A DNA stretch of 64,000 bases from an uncultured delta proteobacterium. Lineage in GTDB: Bacteria > Desulfobacterota > Syntrophia > Syntrophales > Smithellaceae. The stretch covers positions 319,387 to 383,386 of the forward strand of contig CAVQAL010000003.1 in the NCBI GenBank assembly GCA_963710575.1, read 5' to 3'. Below the pieces are notes generated by a model that was given only the letters and a program-made list of their open reading frames with translations, did no database searches and was not told the DNA's origin. The number at the start of each line of letters is the position of its first letter. Position 1 is the first letter of the stretch. A program made the translations under genes and the position numbers. Below, in pieces: positions 47,255-56,905 of this stretch.

Positions 47255-49438
47255 TTATCCGTTCCGCCACTGAGCATATTGATACATTTTACCCAATGCC
47301 TTAACGGCTCGCTCAGGAGTAATAAAATTTACTCCTTTATATTTGCAGCCATCGACATCGGTAATTGTTCGCGATTTATCATCGTTGAGTAAATAAACCC
47401 CTATTATCGGTTTATCATATTTTTCCATTAATCTTACCGTTCGCTCGATAGATTGTTGTTCAAAATCTTCCAGGTAACGCAAATAATCTTCTACAAATTT
47501 ATAATCACGTTTTTTATCTACAAAGACAGCCGATTCCAGCGTCGCTTTTATCATTATTATTCTTCCGATAATACCCATGTGGATTATGGCATCACATTCA
47601 GGCCATTGAAGAAGTTCTTCGAGAATTGTCATATATGTCTTGGTATTCATCTCCCCGACGACATCTATCGGATTAGCATGGCTCCAAAACGGCGGCAGCA
47701 ATTTATTAATTCGAAAAATTACATCTTCTGATAATTTTGGCACCTCCAAACCATTTTCCACGCATAAATCTGAGGCGACAACACCCCAGCCTCCTCCTAA
47801 AGTCATAATGCCAACTTTTTTTCCTTTAGGCAGCGGCAAAGAGGAAAATGCCGCAGATAGATCCAGCAAGTCCATGGGGTTTTCAACCTGTACGATACCT
47901 GCTTGCCGGCACGCTGCTTTAAACACTTTTATATTAGAAGCCATCGCGCCCGTATGGCTAGCTGCTGCGTGGGCCCCTGCCTCTGTGCGCCCGCCTTTTA
48001 AGGCGATAATCGGTTTTTTCTTACCACATCGTTTTGCCGCTTCAAAAAACCTTCGGCCGTTTTTAATGCTTTCTATGTACAAAACAACTGTTTTAGTCAG
48101 CTCATCAACCTCAAATCCCTCCATAGCGTTTTCAATTGTTATCATTGCTTCATTGCCTGAACCGCCAAACGCGCGGATTCCAATGCCTTCTTTTTCAGCA
48201 AAAGCCAATAACTGCGTTCCCAAATTACCTGATTGAGTAACCAAAACTGTGCTTCCTGCTTTTGGTCTCACATGCGTTCCTGTGCAATAAAGTGAGATAT
48301 AGGGATTACATATTCCCATCGTATTGGGGCCAAAAATTAAAATTCCTGCTTCTTGCGCTTTTTCTACCAACTTATCTTCCAAGGCTTTGCCTTCCGCGCC
48401 TGTTTCGGAAAAACCAGACGAGATAAGCAATACATTTTTTATTTTCTTTTTCTTCAGTTCAGGTATTAAGGATAAAACTCTATTTGCGGGAATTGTAACA
48501 ACAGCAAGGTCAACCGGATCGGGAATTTCGGTTACTGATTTAAAAACTTTTCTATCGGCAATTTCTTCTCCTTTGGGGTTTACCAAATAGATTTTTCCCT
48601 TATATTTTCCGGCAAGAACATTAGTGAATATCAAATTCCCCCATTTGCCAACCTCTGCGGAAGCGCCAATAAATGCAATTGCTTTGGGATAGAATAAACG
48701 TCCTATTGCCTTAGGCGCTACGGCAACATGAGTTATTTTTTTTTCGGGTACTTCCCCCAAAACTATGAGGGCGTCAACCGCTGTTACTTCACCGTCGGCA
48801 GTAACTAATAATGGATTAATATCAATCTCTCTTATTTCCGGTATCTCTGTTCCAATTTTTGATAAACCCACGATTGTTTTAATCAATGCTTTTTTGTCTG
48901 CAGCTTTTTCCCCGCGAAATGCGCCAAGTAATTTCTGTGCGTGCAACTCGTCAATCATCTTTCGTGCTTCGTTATCATCAAGAGGGGCCAGATGAAAAAC
49001 AACATCTCCGACTGCTTCTGTAAAAATTCCGCCTAATCCGAACATTACTGTAGCGCCAAATTGTTCATCATGGAAAAGACCGGCAACAAACTCTCTTTTG
49101 CCTTCCAGCATCGGCTGAATTAAAAAACCCTCCAAATCACTTCCGGCCGTTTCCTTTATATATAGTGCAGCAGAGCGAACATCTTCCTTGTTTTTTAAGT
49201 TCAGCTTAACCAATCCTTTTTCTGTTTTATGCGTAAGACGAGATCCCAGCCCCTTTAAAACAATAGGATAACCTGTTTCTTGTGCTGCCCGCTCTGCTTC
49301 CTCTATCGTTTTAACGGCTTTTTCTTCTATTACCGGAATGCCATATTTTTTTAACACTTCCTTTGCTTCGGCTTCTGTTAGTGTTGCCCGCTTTTGAGAT
49401 TTTGCTTTTTCAATGATTTCTAATTTTTTCATTTCCAT
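47255..49438 (-). CDS. ADP-forming acetate/acyl-CoA ligase, fused beta(ATP-grasp)-alpha
   Basis: HKTEKGLV, DINPL, IGAS, GPNTMG, QSGN, ASHTG phospho-His. Confidence 0.9.
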   Translation of the reverse strand: MEMKKLEIIEKAKSQKRATLTEAEAKEVLKKYGIPVIEEKAVKTIEEAERAAQETGYPIVLKGLGSRLTHKTEKGLVKLNLKNKEDVRSAALYIKETAGSDLEGFLIQPMLEGKREFVAGLFHDEQFGATVMFGLGGIFTEAVGDVVFHLAPLDDNEARKMIDELHAQKLLGAFRGEKAADKKALIKTIVGLSKIGTEIPEIREIDINPLLVTADGEVTAVDALIVLGEVPEKKITHVAVAPKAIGRLFYPKAIAFIGASAEVGKWGNLIFTNVLAGKYKGKIYLVNPKGEEIADRKVFKSVTEIPDPVDLAVVTIPANRVLSLIPELKKKKIKNVLLISSGFSETGAEGKALEDKLVEKAQEAGILIFGPNTMGICNPYISLYCTGTHVRPKAGSTVLVTQSGNLGTQLLAFAEKEGIGIRAFGGSGNEAMITIENAMEGFEVDELTKTVVLYIESIKNGRRFFEAAKRCGKKKPIIALKGGRTEAGAHAAASHTGAMASNIKVFKAACRQAGIVQVENPMDLLDLSAAFSSLPLPKGKKVGIMTLGGGWGVVASDLCVENGLEVPKLSEDVIFRINKLLPPFWSHANPIDVVGEMNTKTYMTILEELLQWPECDAIIHMGIIGRIIMIKATLESAVFVDKKRDYKFVEDYLRYLEDFEQQSIERTVRLMEKYDKPIIGVYLLNDDKSRTITDVDGCKYKGVNFITPERAVKALGKMYQYAQWRNG

Positions 49439-49607
49439 CCTCTATGCAACTGCAAATTTTTTACAATTATAAGCCAAATCATTTTATTCGTATTATATCA
49501 AAGGCTTATACAAATACCGACTGTTATTCTAAATAATTAATCATTAATAGATGTTTGAACCTTTATTATAATTCTTGCATCTTTAAACTTTTGCCATTTA
49601 TGAAATA

Positions 49608-50219
49608 TCATCTTGATTCCTTGTCACCCAGAGGCGCGACTACTTTCCAGAAAAAATCAAAAAAATTGTTTATTGTTTCTGCTAGTTTCCATTTCATTCC
49701 ATGGACATACCAGTTTTGTATGTGCCTGTGCATAATCATTATATAAAGATCGGCAAAATAATTATTTTCTATATCCGAAATAACCGCGCCTCTTTTTTTG
49801 GCCTTTGCAACTATCCCGTTCAATATATCTATTTCTGTTTCCCTTTTATAAGACTTGTTCGCCATAAAGCTTTTCAATGGAACTGTAATAAAAGCCGTAA
49901 TGGCAAGTTCAGGATTGTCGTCGAAAAAATTCATTGTAACCCAGAATAACTTTCTGAACATCTCGCGTATATCCTCGGTGCCCGCAAGATGCATTCGCAA
50001 CAATGATGCAAGATCGCGCAATTTTTCGTCAATTATTGAAAAAAGAAGATCTTCTTTTGATGAAAAATACTTGTATATGGTTCCCGTGCTGATTCCACTT
50101 TCTTTTGAAATATCGCGTATATTGACGGCATGGAAATCTTTCAGAGAAAATTGCCGCAACACAACGGGATATAGGCGTTCTTTTAATTTTTCAGGAATTA
50201 TAGGTTTTGCTGTCGCCAT
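49608..50219 (-). CDS. TetR/AcrR-family transcriptional regulator
   Basis: NIRDISKESGISTGTIYKYFSSKEDL. Confidence 0.92.
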   Translation of the reverse strand: MATAKPIIPEKLKERLYPVVLRQFSLKDFHAVNIRDISKESGISTGTIYKYFSSKEDLLFSIIDEKLRDLASLLRMHLAGTEDIREMFRKLFWVTMNFFDDNPELAITAFITVPLKSFMANKSYKRETEIDILNGIVAKAKKRGAVISDIENNYFADLYIMIMHRHIQNWYVHGMKWKLAETINNFFDFFWKVVAPLGDKESR

Positions 50220-50436
50220 ATTACCTTTAATCTTCTTTTTTTCTATGAAAGCAAAATATGAAACATTGTTTTAAATGTCAAGTGATAATTGAAACGTTGT
50301 TTTATTAATTACAAATAACATTATGATATCTATACCTTACATTGAAAGTTTCCATATAAAGCCTTTATAAAAATATTTTTTGTTCTTGACGAAATCCTCA
50401 TCCATCAATAAATTAAGATAAATAATATTTCTTAAT

Positions 50437-50946
50437 TTGACAAATATGACTGACGATAAAATAAAACAAATTATGATTGATGGCCGAATGGTTGGTATTG
50501 CAGGTTTAGACGATGCGATAAAAAAAATAAATTTGTCGGAAAACAGTGAAGAAGAAATTAAAAAGAATTTACTTAAAGAAATTTCTGCCAATAACTATGT
50601 GCCATCTTCTGCGCGCGATGCATACGGCAAGGCACTTTTCATGGAATTCCAGATAGCGCAGGGGCTGGCTGTTACTGACGAACCGGTCCTCGGATTGAAT
50701 ATATTTATTTTGGGAATGGCGTGTGCACGTTGCGGTCAACTGGAAATCGATATCCGGAATTTATTATCAGAGATGAAAATCGCTGCCAACTTACAACACG
50801 TTACCGATTTAAAAGAGATAGAGCGCTATAAACTTTTAGACTCGCCGGCACTTGTAATCAATAATAAGGTTGTCTGTGTCGGCGAAGTGCCTCCGAAAAG
50901 TAAAATCCGTGAATGGATTATAGAAGCTTACACTACCAATCAATAA
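50437..50946 (+). CDS. Thioredoxin-fold redox protein (MTH895-like C-terminus)
   Basis: ILGMACARC, SPALVINNKVVCVGEVP. Confidence 0.75.
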   Translation: MTNMTDDKIKQIMIDGRMVGIAGLDDAIKKINLSENSEEEIKKNLLKEISANNYVPSSARDAYGKALFMEFQIAQGLAVTDEPVLGLNIFILGMACARCGQLEIDIRNLLSEMKIAANLQHVTDLKEIERYKLLDSPALVINNKVVCVGEVPPKSKIREWIIEAYTTNQ

Positions 50947-50966
50947 TTTTTCAATTATCATTTGGG

Positions 50967-51740
50967 TTATTTTTGACAATCGGGACAGTAAAAAGTACTT
51001 CTTCCTCCCTGTTTTATTCGGCAAATAGTGCCGCCGCAAATTGAACAGCGCTTTCCCTCCTGCCCATAGGCTTTTAATTCGTGCTGGTTTTCGCCTTGGC
51101 GACCGTACAAATCTCTCCAGTCGGAAATTGACGTGCCCCTTTTTTTAATTGCCATCTTTAATATGGCTTTTGCCTGACGAAAGATTTTTTTCCAGCCATC
51201 TTGCGTCAGAGTCGCCGCTACCTGTTCGGGATGAATACCGGTTCGATGTAAAATCTCACACGCATAAATGTTACCTATTCCCTCCACGGCTTTTTGATCC
51301 ATAATAAGCGATTTAACTTTTGTCCGGCGGCTTCCATGATTTTTCAGGAAAGTGTTAAGATCAAATGTTTTCAAAATATCTTTCGCGGATTCGCTTTCCA
51401 CATTTTTTACTACTTTGATTGTTGCAAAGCGGCGCGGATCGATAAGAAAGACGTTCCCATCAGCAAAAGCCATTTTCCAACGACTATGTTTCGGCCTTGC
51501 CGAACCATTCTGCCAAAAAAGTCTCCCCGTCATGCGCAGATGTATTAACACGAAATTTCCATCTTCAAGCACAATGGATACTATTTTGCCCCGGCGTTCG
51601 ACCGCCGTGACGCTTCTTCCTTTAAGATTTTTGACAGCGGCCAGTTTATCGTCGTATACTGCGGTGGCTAATATTTTTTTGCCACAAATCTTGTCTTGCA
51701 GTTGGCGGCTTAGAGTTTCTACCTCGGGCAATTCAGGCAT
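50967..51740 (-). CDS. mutM: Formamidopyrimidine-DNA glycosylase
   Basis: MPELPEVET, HLRMTG, GIGNIYACE, C-terminal zinc finger ..GGRSTFYCPDCQ. Confidence 0.95.
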   Translation of the reverse strand: MPELPEVETLSRQLQDKICGKKILATAVYDDKLAAVKNLKGRSVTAVERRGKIVSIVLEDGNFVLIHLRMTGRLFWQNGSARPKHSRWKMAFADGNVFLIDPRRFATIKVVKNVESESAKDILKTFDLNTFLKNHGSRRTKVKSLIMDQKAVEGIGNIYACEILHRTGIHPEQVAATLTQDGWKKIFRQAKAILKMAIKKRGTSISDWRDLYGRQGENQHELKAYGQEGKRCSICGGTICRIKQGGRSTFYCPDCQK

Positions 51741-52265
51741 TGGCTTTCTCCATTTCTATCAGCACACGGGTCTCTTCTGTTTCTATTGTTACTAAAAAAT
51801 TATTTTTTTGCCTACTTTTTTTTCCCGTTATGACCAACATACCCCGAGCTTTCAATAAATGCGATCAAGTCACCAGACGATCTACATCGAAACATAATTT
51901 CGCATCGACGGACCTTTCCATCCATTTTTCAAAAAGGATTTATGTCTCCTTTGAAACATTCCACGGCAGCGTCCATCCTGCGCTGATATAGGTTCCATGG
52001 GCATTTGCGAGACAGCGGATATTTCATATTGTGCTTGATATAGTAATCTGATTTGCATATTAGGCGGTCATAAATAATCAAGGAACGGTCGAAATAATTA
52101 TTCCCGAGGCAAACTCCTTCAAAAAATATTTTAATTTTTTTTTACAAAAATGCAAAAAAGTGTTGACAAATATTTCTGTATGAGTACATTCGATAATTAA
52201 GTGTTTGTAATTTTTTATTGCAACATAATTTCACGGGAGGGAAACCTGCCAAAAGGAGGAACAAA

Positions 52266-53573
52266 ATGGAAAGCGAGACCCTGTTTACTGAGGAGGAGGA
52301 ACCTCCTGGTCCATTGACCGGTCTTGTTAATGCTAAAAATAATGTAAGTGACTTTTTGTTATTCAAAGAAGATGTCTCTCATTACCCGATTAAACAAAAG
52401 TCAGATAGCGTTTTATTTCCTTTTAAAGATTCCGCCCGCTCCCGCATTTTCCGAACACGAAATTATCCCGAAATTACACGCCTGGAATGGTTTGACTGGC
52501 ACTGGCAAATGCGTAACGCCATTAGGGAGGTTGATGCTCTGTCTCAAATAATCAATCTTTCGGACAATGAACGCCAGGCAATGATGCATCATGCAGGTGC
52601 ATTGCCCGTTTCCATTACGCCTTATTATGCAAGTCTGCTTAATCCCAATGATCCTGCTGATCCTTTGCGCCGTTGCGTTGTTCCTGTGGTCGATGAATGT
52701 CTCCATACTGCCGGAGAAGAGGAAGATCCTCTCTGCGAAGATGTCGATTCTCCGGTGCCGGGCATTATTCATCGCTACCCTGACCGCGTGCTGTTTCTTG
52801 TAACCGACAGTTGTTCCACCTATTGCCGTTATTGCACCCGGTCCCGCATTATTGAACGGAGCAAGCACCATTTGATAAACTTGGAAAAATGGGAAAAGGC
52901 TATTCAATACATTGCCAACAATAAAAATATCAGGGACGTACTGCTTTCCGGCGGCGATCCTTTAACCCTTTCCGATGAAAAACTGGAATGGTTGTTAACG
53001 CGGCTGCACAAGATCCGTCATGTCGAAATTATACGAATCGGCACTAAAGTGCCAGTTGTTATGCCCCAGAGAATAACACCGGCTCTGACAGCCCTGCTGA
53101 AAAGATATCATCCTTTATGGATGAGCATTCATATAACTCATCCGAAAGAACTGACACCGGAGATGAGCGCCGCCTGCATTCGTCTGGCCGACGCCGGCAT
53201 TCCGTTGGGAAGCCAGACCGTGCTGCTTTCCGATATCAATGATGATGTTGTTACCATGACCAGATTGGTGCATGGCCAACTGCAAATCAGAGTTCGTCCT
53301 TATTATCTGTATCAGTGCGATCCCATCCCGGGCTCTTCTCATTTCCGGACACCGGTAAACAAGGGCATTGAAATTATTCAGGGCATGCGTGGACATACTA
53401 CCGGTTACGCTGTGCCTACTTATGTTGTTGACGCGCCCGGCGGTGGCGGCAAAATTCCTTTGCTTCCCGAATACGCCATGGGATGGGAAAATGGCGATTT
53501 AATTCTGCGTAACTATGAAGGCAATACTTTCCGCTACCCCGACAATCACGCAAAATCGAAGGATATACATTAA
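52266..53573 (+). CDS. kamA: KamA-family radical SAM/PLP aminomutase (lysine 2,3-aminomutase type)
   Basis: HRYPDRVL, CSTYCRYC, LSGGDPL, YLYQCD, VVDAPGGGGK. Confidence 0.9.
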   Translation: MESETLFTEEEEPPGPLTGLVNAKNNVSDFLLFKEDVSHYPIKQKSDSVLFPFKDSARSRIFRTRNYPEITRLEWFDWHWQMRNAIREVDALSQIINLSDNERQAMMHHAGALPVSITPYYASLLNPNDPADPLRRCVVPVVDECLHTAGEEEDPLCEDVDSPVPGIIHRYPDRVLFLVTDSCSTYCRYCTRSRIIERSKHHLINLEKWEKAIQYIANNKNIRDVLLSGGDPLTLSDEKLEWLLTRLHKIRHVEIIRIGTKVPVVMPQRITPALTALLKRYHPLWMSIHITHPKELTPEMSAACIRLADAGIPLGSQTVLLSDINDDVVTMTRLVHGQLQIRVRPYYLYQCDPIPGSSHFRTPVNKGIEIIQGMRGHTTGYAVPTYVVDAPGGGGKIPLLPEYAMGWENGDLILRNYEGNTFRYPDNHAKSKDIH

Positions 53574-53588
53574 ACTGGCAGAAATTTA

Positions 53589-54629
53589 TTGCAGGGGGTA
53601 GATAATTTAACCGTGAGTCGTGTCGGTAAAAAATTGATAATTGGCATAACCTACGATTTACGCGATGATTATTTGAAAGAAGGATATAGTCTCGAAGAAA
53701 CGGCGGAATTCGATCTTCCCGATACAATTGCAGCTATTGAAAAGGTAATTTTAGATAACGGTTTTCTTGCTGATCGAATTGGCAATGTAAAAGCATTAAC
53801 TCGCCGGCTTGCGGCAGGCAATAGCTGGGATCTTGTTTTTAATATTACCGAAGGCATGTATGGTTTTGGCCGTGAAGCGCAAGTTCCCGCTTTATTGGAC
53901 GCATATAACATCCCCTATACCTTTTCCGATCCCCTTGGTCACACCATCTCCCTCCACAAGGGAATAACCAAGCATGTTCTGCGCGATCTGGGAATACCCA
54001 CACCCGATTTTGCCGTCGTTAACAGTGACGCGGAAATTGATAAAGTTAATCTTCCGTTTCCTCTTTTTGCCAAACCGGTAGCGGAAGGAACAAGCAAAGG
54101 CATAACGGCGCTGTCCAAGATAACTAACCGTGCAGAATTGTCTCAGACCTGCAAACATATTTTACAGACATTTAAGCAGCCTGCGCTGATCGAAACATAT
54201 CTTCCCGGCCGCGAATTTACCGTCGGCATATTAGGTTCCGGAAAAGATGCGAAAGTACTTGGAGCAATAGAAGTGATTTTAAAGCCGACTGCGGAGCAAA
54301 ATGCTTATTCCTATGAAAACAAGGAACATTATGAAAATCTTGTCCAATACGTACTGGTTGATGATGACGAAGCCAGGCAAGCCAGCGAAATAGCCCTTAA
54401 AGCATGGCGTTATTTGGATTTAAAAGATGCCGGACGTGTGGATTTGCGCTCTGATGCTCATGGAACGCCGCATTTCATAGAAGTTAATTCTCTTGCCGGA
54501 CTAAACCCTAAGCGCTCGGACTTGCCCATCCTCTGTAATTTGCTGGGCGTGAGCTATCATGTATTGATCGGCAAAATTATTGAATCGGCCCTGCGGCGCG
54601 CTAAGATAACCAACAAAACGTTAAACTAA
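53589..54629 (+). CDS. D-Ala-D-Ala-ligase-like ATP-grasp enzyme A
   Basis: VFNITEG, FAKPVAEGTSKGI, ETYLPGREF, RVD, IEVN; non-Ddl acidic N-terminus. Confidence 0.88.
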   Translation: MQGVDNLTVSRVGKKLIIGITYDLRDDYLKEGYSLEETAEFDLPDTIAAIEKVILDNGFLADRIGNVKALTRRLAAGNSWDLVFNITEGMYGFGREAQVPALLDAYNIPYTFSDPLGHTISLHKGITKHVLRDLGIPTPDFAVVNSDAEIDKVNLPFPLFAKPVAEGTSKGITALSKITNRAELSQTCKHILQTFKQPALIETYLPGREFTVGILGSGKDAKVLGAIEVILKPTAEQNAYSYENKEHYENLVQYVLVDDDEARQASEIALKAWRYLDLKDAGRVDLRSDAHGTPHFIEVNSLAGLNPKRSDLPILCNLLGVSYHVLIGKIIESALRRAKITNKTLN

Positions 54630-54639
54630 GTCTGTTCAA

Positions 54640-55641
54640 ATGCGGGAAAGCTTAATGATGAAAAAAGTTGTAATTTTACACAGCGATGTTTCTCCCGATG
54701 CCACAGAGGATGAACTTGATTGTCTCCAGCAAGCCCAGGCAATCTCTCAGGCCTTGCGTCAGCTGAATTACAAACCTATTCTTTTGCCGTTTGGCCTTGA
54801 TTTAAATCAGGCAATAATAAAATTGAAATCATTAAAACCGCTGGCCGTTTTTAATATTGTGGAAACTCTGGCATCCAGAGGCAGTTTGATCTATTTTGCT
54901 CCGGCCATCCTCGATACTTTGCAGATTCCTTATACCGGCTGCGCCACGCAAGCCGTGTTTCAAACATCGAATAAATCTCTGGCCAAAAAAATCATGCGCG
55001 ATGCCGGTATCGCTACTCCGGATTGGATAACACATGATGGTTTGGGTTCCCAAAAAGATACTGCCAGGAAATATTTAATCAAGTCGTCCTGGGAACATGC
55101 TTCCATCGGCCTTGATGAAAATGCTCTTATCAACCATACAAATAAAGCCAGGATACTAAAAGAAATGAACCGCCGTAAAGAAAAGCTTGGCGGCACCTGT
55201 TACGCCGAAGCCTATATTGATGGCCGCGAATTTAATGTCGCCCTCATATCCGACACAAATAGCGTTAAAGTATTGCCGGTCTCTGAAATGTTATTTCAGG
55301 ATTATGCTCCGGAAAAACTAAAAATCGTTGATTACAAAGCCAAATGGGACACGGATTCCTTTGAGTACAATAATACGATACGAAAATTTGATTTTCCCCA
55401 AAAAGATGCTAATCTAATATCGGCTTTGCGTAACATTGCCTTGCGTTGCTGGAATCTTTTCTCTTTGCGCGGGTACGCGCGCGTTGATTTTCGCGTCGAC
55501 AATAACGGCAAGCCATGGGTACTGGAAATAAATTCTAACCCCTGTTTATCGCCGGACGCCGGTTTTGCCGCCGCTCTTCAACAGGCAAAAATTAAATATC
55601 ACGAAGCCATCGGTTTGATAATCGATAATGCGATGAAATAA
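54640..55641 (+). CDS. D-Ala-D-Ala-ligase-like ATP-grasp enzyme B
   Basis: VFNIVE, IKSSWEHASIG, EAYIDGREF, YARVDFR, LEINSNP. Confidence 0.88.
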   Translation: MRESLMMKKVVILHSDVSPDATEDELDCLQQAQAISQALRQLNYKPILLPFGLDLNQAIIKLKSLKPLAVFNIVETLASRGSLIYFAPAILDTLQIPYTGCATQAVFQTSNKSLAKKIMRDAGIATPDWITHDGLGSQKDTARKYLIKSSWEHASIGLDENALINHTNKARILKEMNRRKEKLGGTCYAEAYIDGREFNVALISDTNSVKVLPVSEMLFQDYAPEKLKIVDYKAKWDTDSFEYNNTIRKFDFPQKDANLISALRNIALRCWNLFSLRGYARVDFRVDNNGKPWVLEINSNPCLSPDAGFAAALQQAKIKYHEAIGLIIDNAMK

Positions 55642-55666
55642 TGTTATAGCAAACTGGATTGTTTTT

Positions 55667-56149
55667 ATGAATGATTTTATCTATCGTCAGCATATACAGC
55701 ATTCCGATATCGGAGCCATTGCCGATATTGTAAAATCCAGCGGATTTTTTTCCGTCGAGGAAATAGATATCGCGCTGGAACTGGCGGAAGAAAAGCTCAC
55801 ACAGCCCCATGACAGCTCTTACCAGTTTTTATTTGCCGAAGATAAACAACACGTTGTTGGTTATACCTGCTTCGGCCTTATCCCGGCAACGTCCGGCAGT
55901 TACGATCTATACTGGATTGCTATCGATCAGCAATTACGAGGCACTGGCCTGGGCAAAGACTTAATGAAGAGAACAGAAAAAATTATTTACGATTTGGGCG
56001 GCAAACGAATTTACGCGGAAACATCTTCCCGTCACCAGTATCAACCCACGCATGGTTTTTATGAGAGTTGCGGATATCGAAAAGAAGCTGTCTTAAAAGA
56101 TTTTTATACGGAAGGCGACAGCAAAATTATATACGTCAAAACTCTTTAA
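55667..56149 (+). CDS. GNAT-family N-acetyltransferase
   Basis: LYWIAIDQQLRGTGLG, FYESCGY. Confidence 0.9.
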   Translation: MNDFIYRQHIQHSDIGAIADIVKSSGFFSVEEIDIALELAEEKLTQPHDSSYQFLFAEDKQHVVGYTCFGLIPATSGSYDLYWIAIDQQLRGTGLGKDLMKRTEKIIYDLGGKRIYAETSSRHQYQPTHGFYESCGYRKEAVLKDFYTEGDSKIIYVKTL

Positions 56150-56169
56150 TAACATACCATACGCCCACA

Positions 56170-56211
56170 AAGCAGGGGTATCCTGCCTTTAAAACCGCTT
56201 GCTTTTTTTTT
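56170..56211 (+). terminator. Probable terminator closing the kamA operon
   Basis: Imperfect aagcaggggt/accgcttgctt stem followed by T9. Confidence 0.5.
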
Positions 56212-56284
56212 CATAATTCGCTAGAGGACTGCCAGTATTTACTAACTTTTTGTACGCTATAAAGGAAAGAAGGAGGATTTATTG

Positions 56285-56905
56285 ATGCGCTTGTTTCCTA
56301 AAACAGATAATTTTTTTGAACTTTTTGATGAGCTGGCCGACAAAATTGAAGAAGGCGGCAAGCTTTTTCTGGAAATGGCTCAAACTCGTGATTTTTCTGA
56401 GGAGAGAGTCGCCAAGCTCAAGGAAATTGAACACGAAGCCGACGGCATTACCCATAAAACATATGAAAAGATGCACAAGACTTTCCTAACGCCTATTGAC
56501 CGTGAAGACATTTACGCTCTTGTCAATAAAATGGACAGCATTCTGGATGTCATTGAAGCCACTGCCGTCCGCGTTCATCTTTATAAAGTCAAAAAGCCGG
56601 CGGATGAAATAATCAAGCAAGCGCAAATATTGAGTGACGCAATAAAAAAAGTCAAAAGCATTATTCAGGCGATGCGCAACATGAAAAACTCCGAAATGAT
56701 TCTAGCCGGTTGCGTGGAAATCAACACACTGGAAAATGCCGGCGATATTGTCTTAAGAACTATCATGGCCAATCTTTTTGAAAACGAAAAAGACGCTATC
56801 GAACTTATAAAATGGAAAGATATTTTTCAGCTCTTGGAAGAAGCAATTGATGTTTGTGAAGATGTTTCCAATATCGTGGAAGGAATTGTCCTGAAACATG
56901 CTTAA
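56285..56905 (+). CDS. DUF47/PhoU-like phosphate transport regulator
   Basis: EHEADGIT..FLTPIDREDI, ENAGD; coupled to pit. Confidence 0.88.
   Translation: MRLFPKTDNFFELFDELADKIEEGGKLFLEMAQTRDFSEERVAKLKEIEHEADGITHKTYEKMHKTFLTPIDREDIYALVNKMDSILDVIEATAVRVHLYKVKKPADEIIKQAQILSDAIKKVKSIIQAMRNMKNSEMILAGCVEINTLENAGDIVLRTIMANLFENEKDAIELIKWKDIFQLLEEAIDVCEDVSNIVEGIVLKHA

Noticed and set aside
53589-55641. Van-type glycopeptide resistance ligases
   Set aside because: No vanH/vanX/vanRS, and the N-terminal D-Ala-binding motif is absent
52218-56149. EF-P beta-lysylation (EpmB) or lysine fermentation role for kamA
   Set aside because: No epmA/efp or kamDE/kdd/kce nearby, and the protein is full-length LAM type rather than short EpmB type
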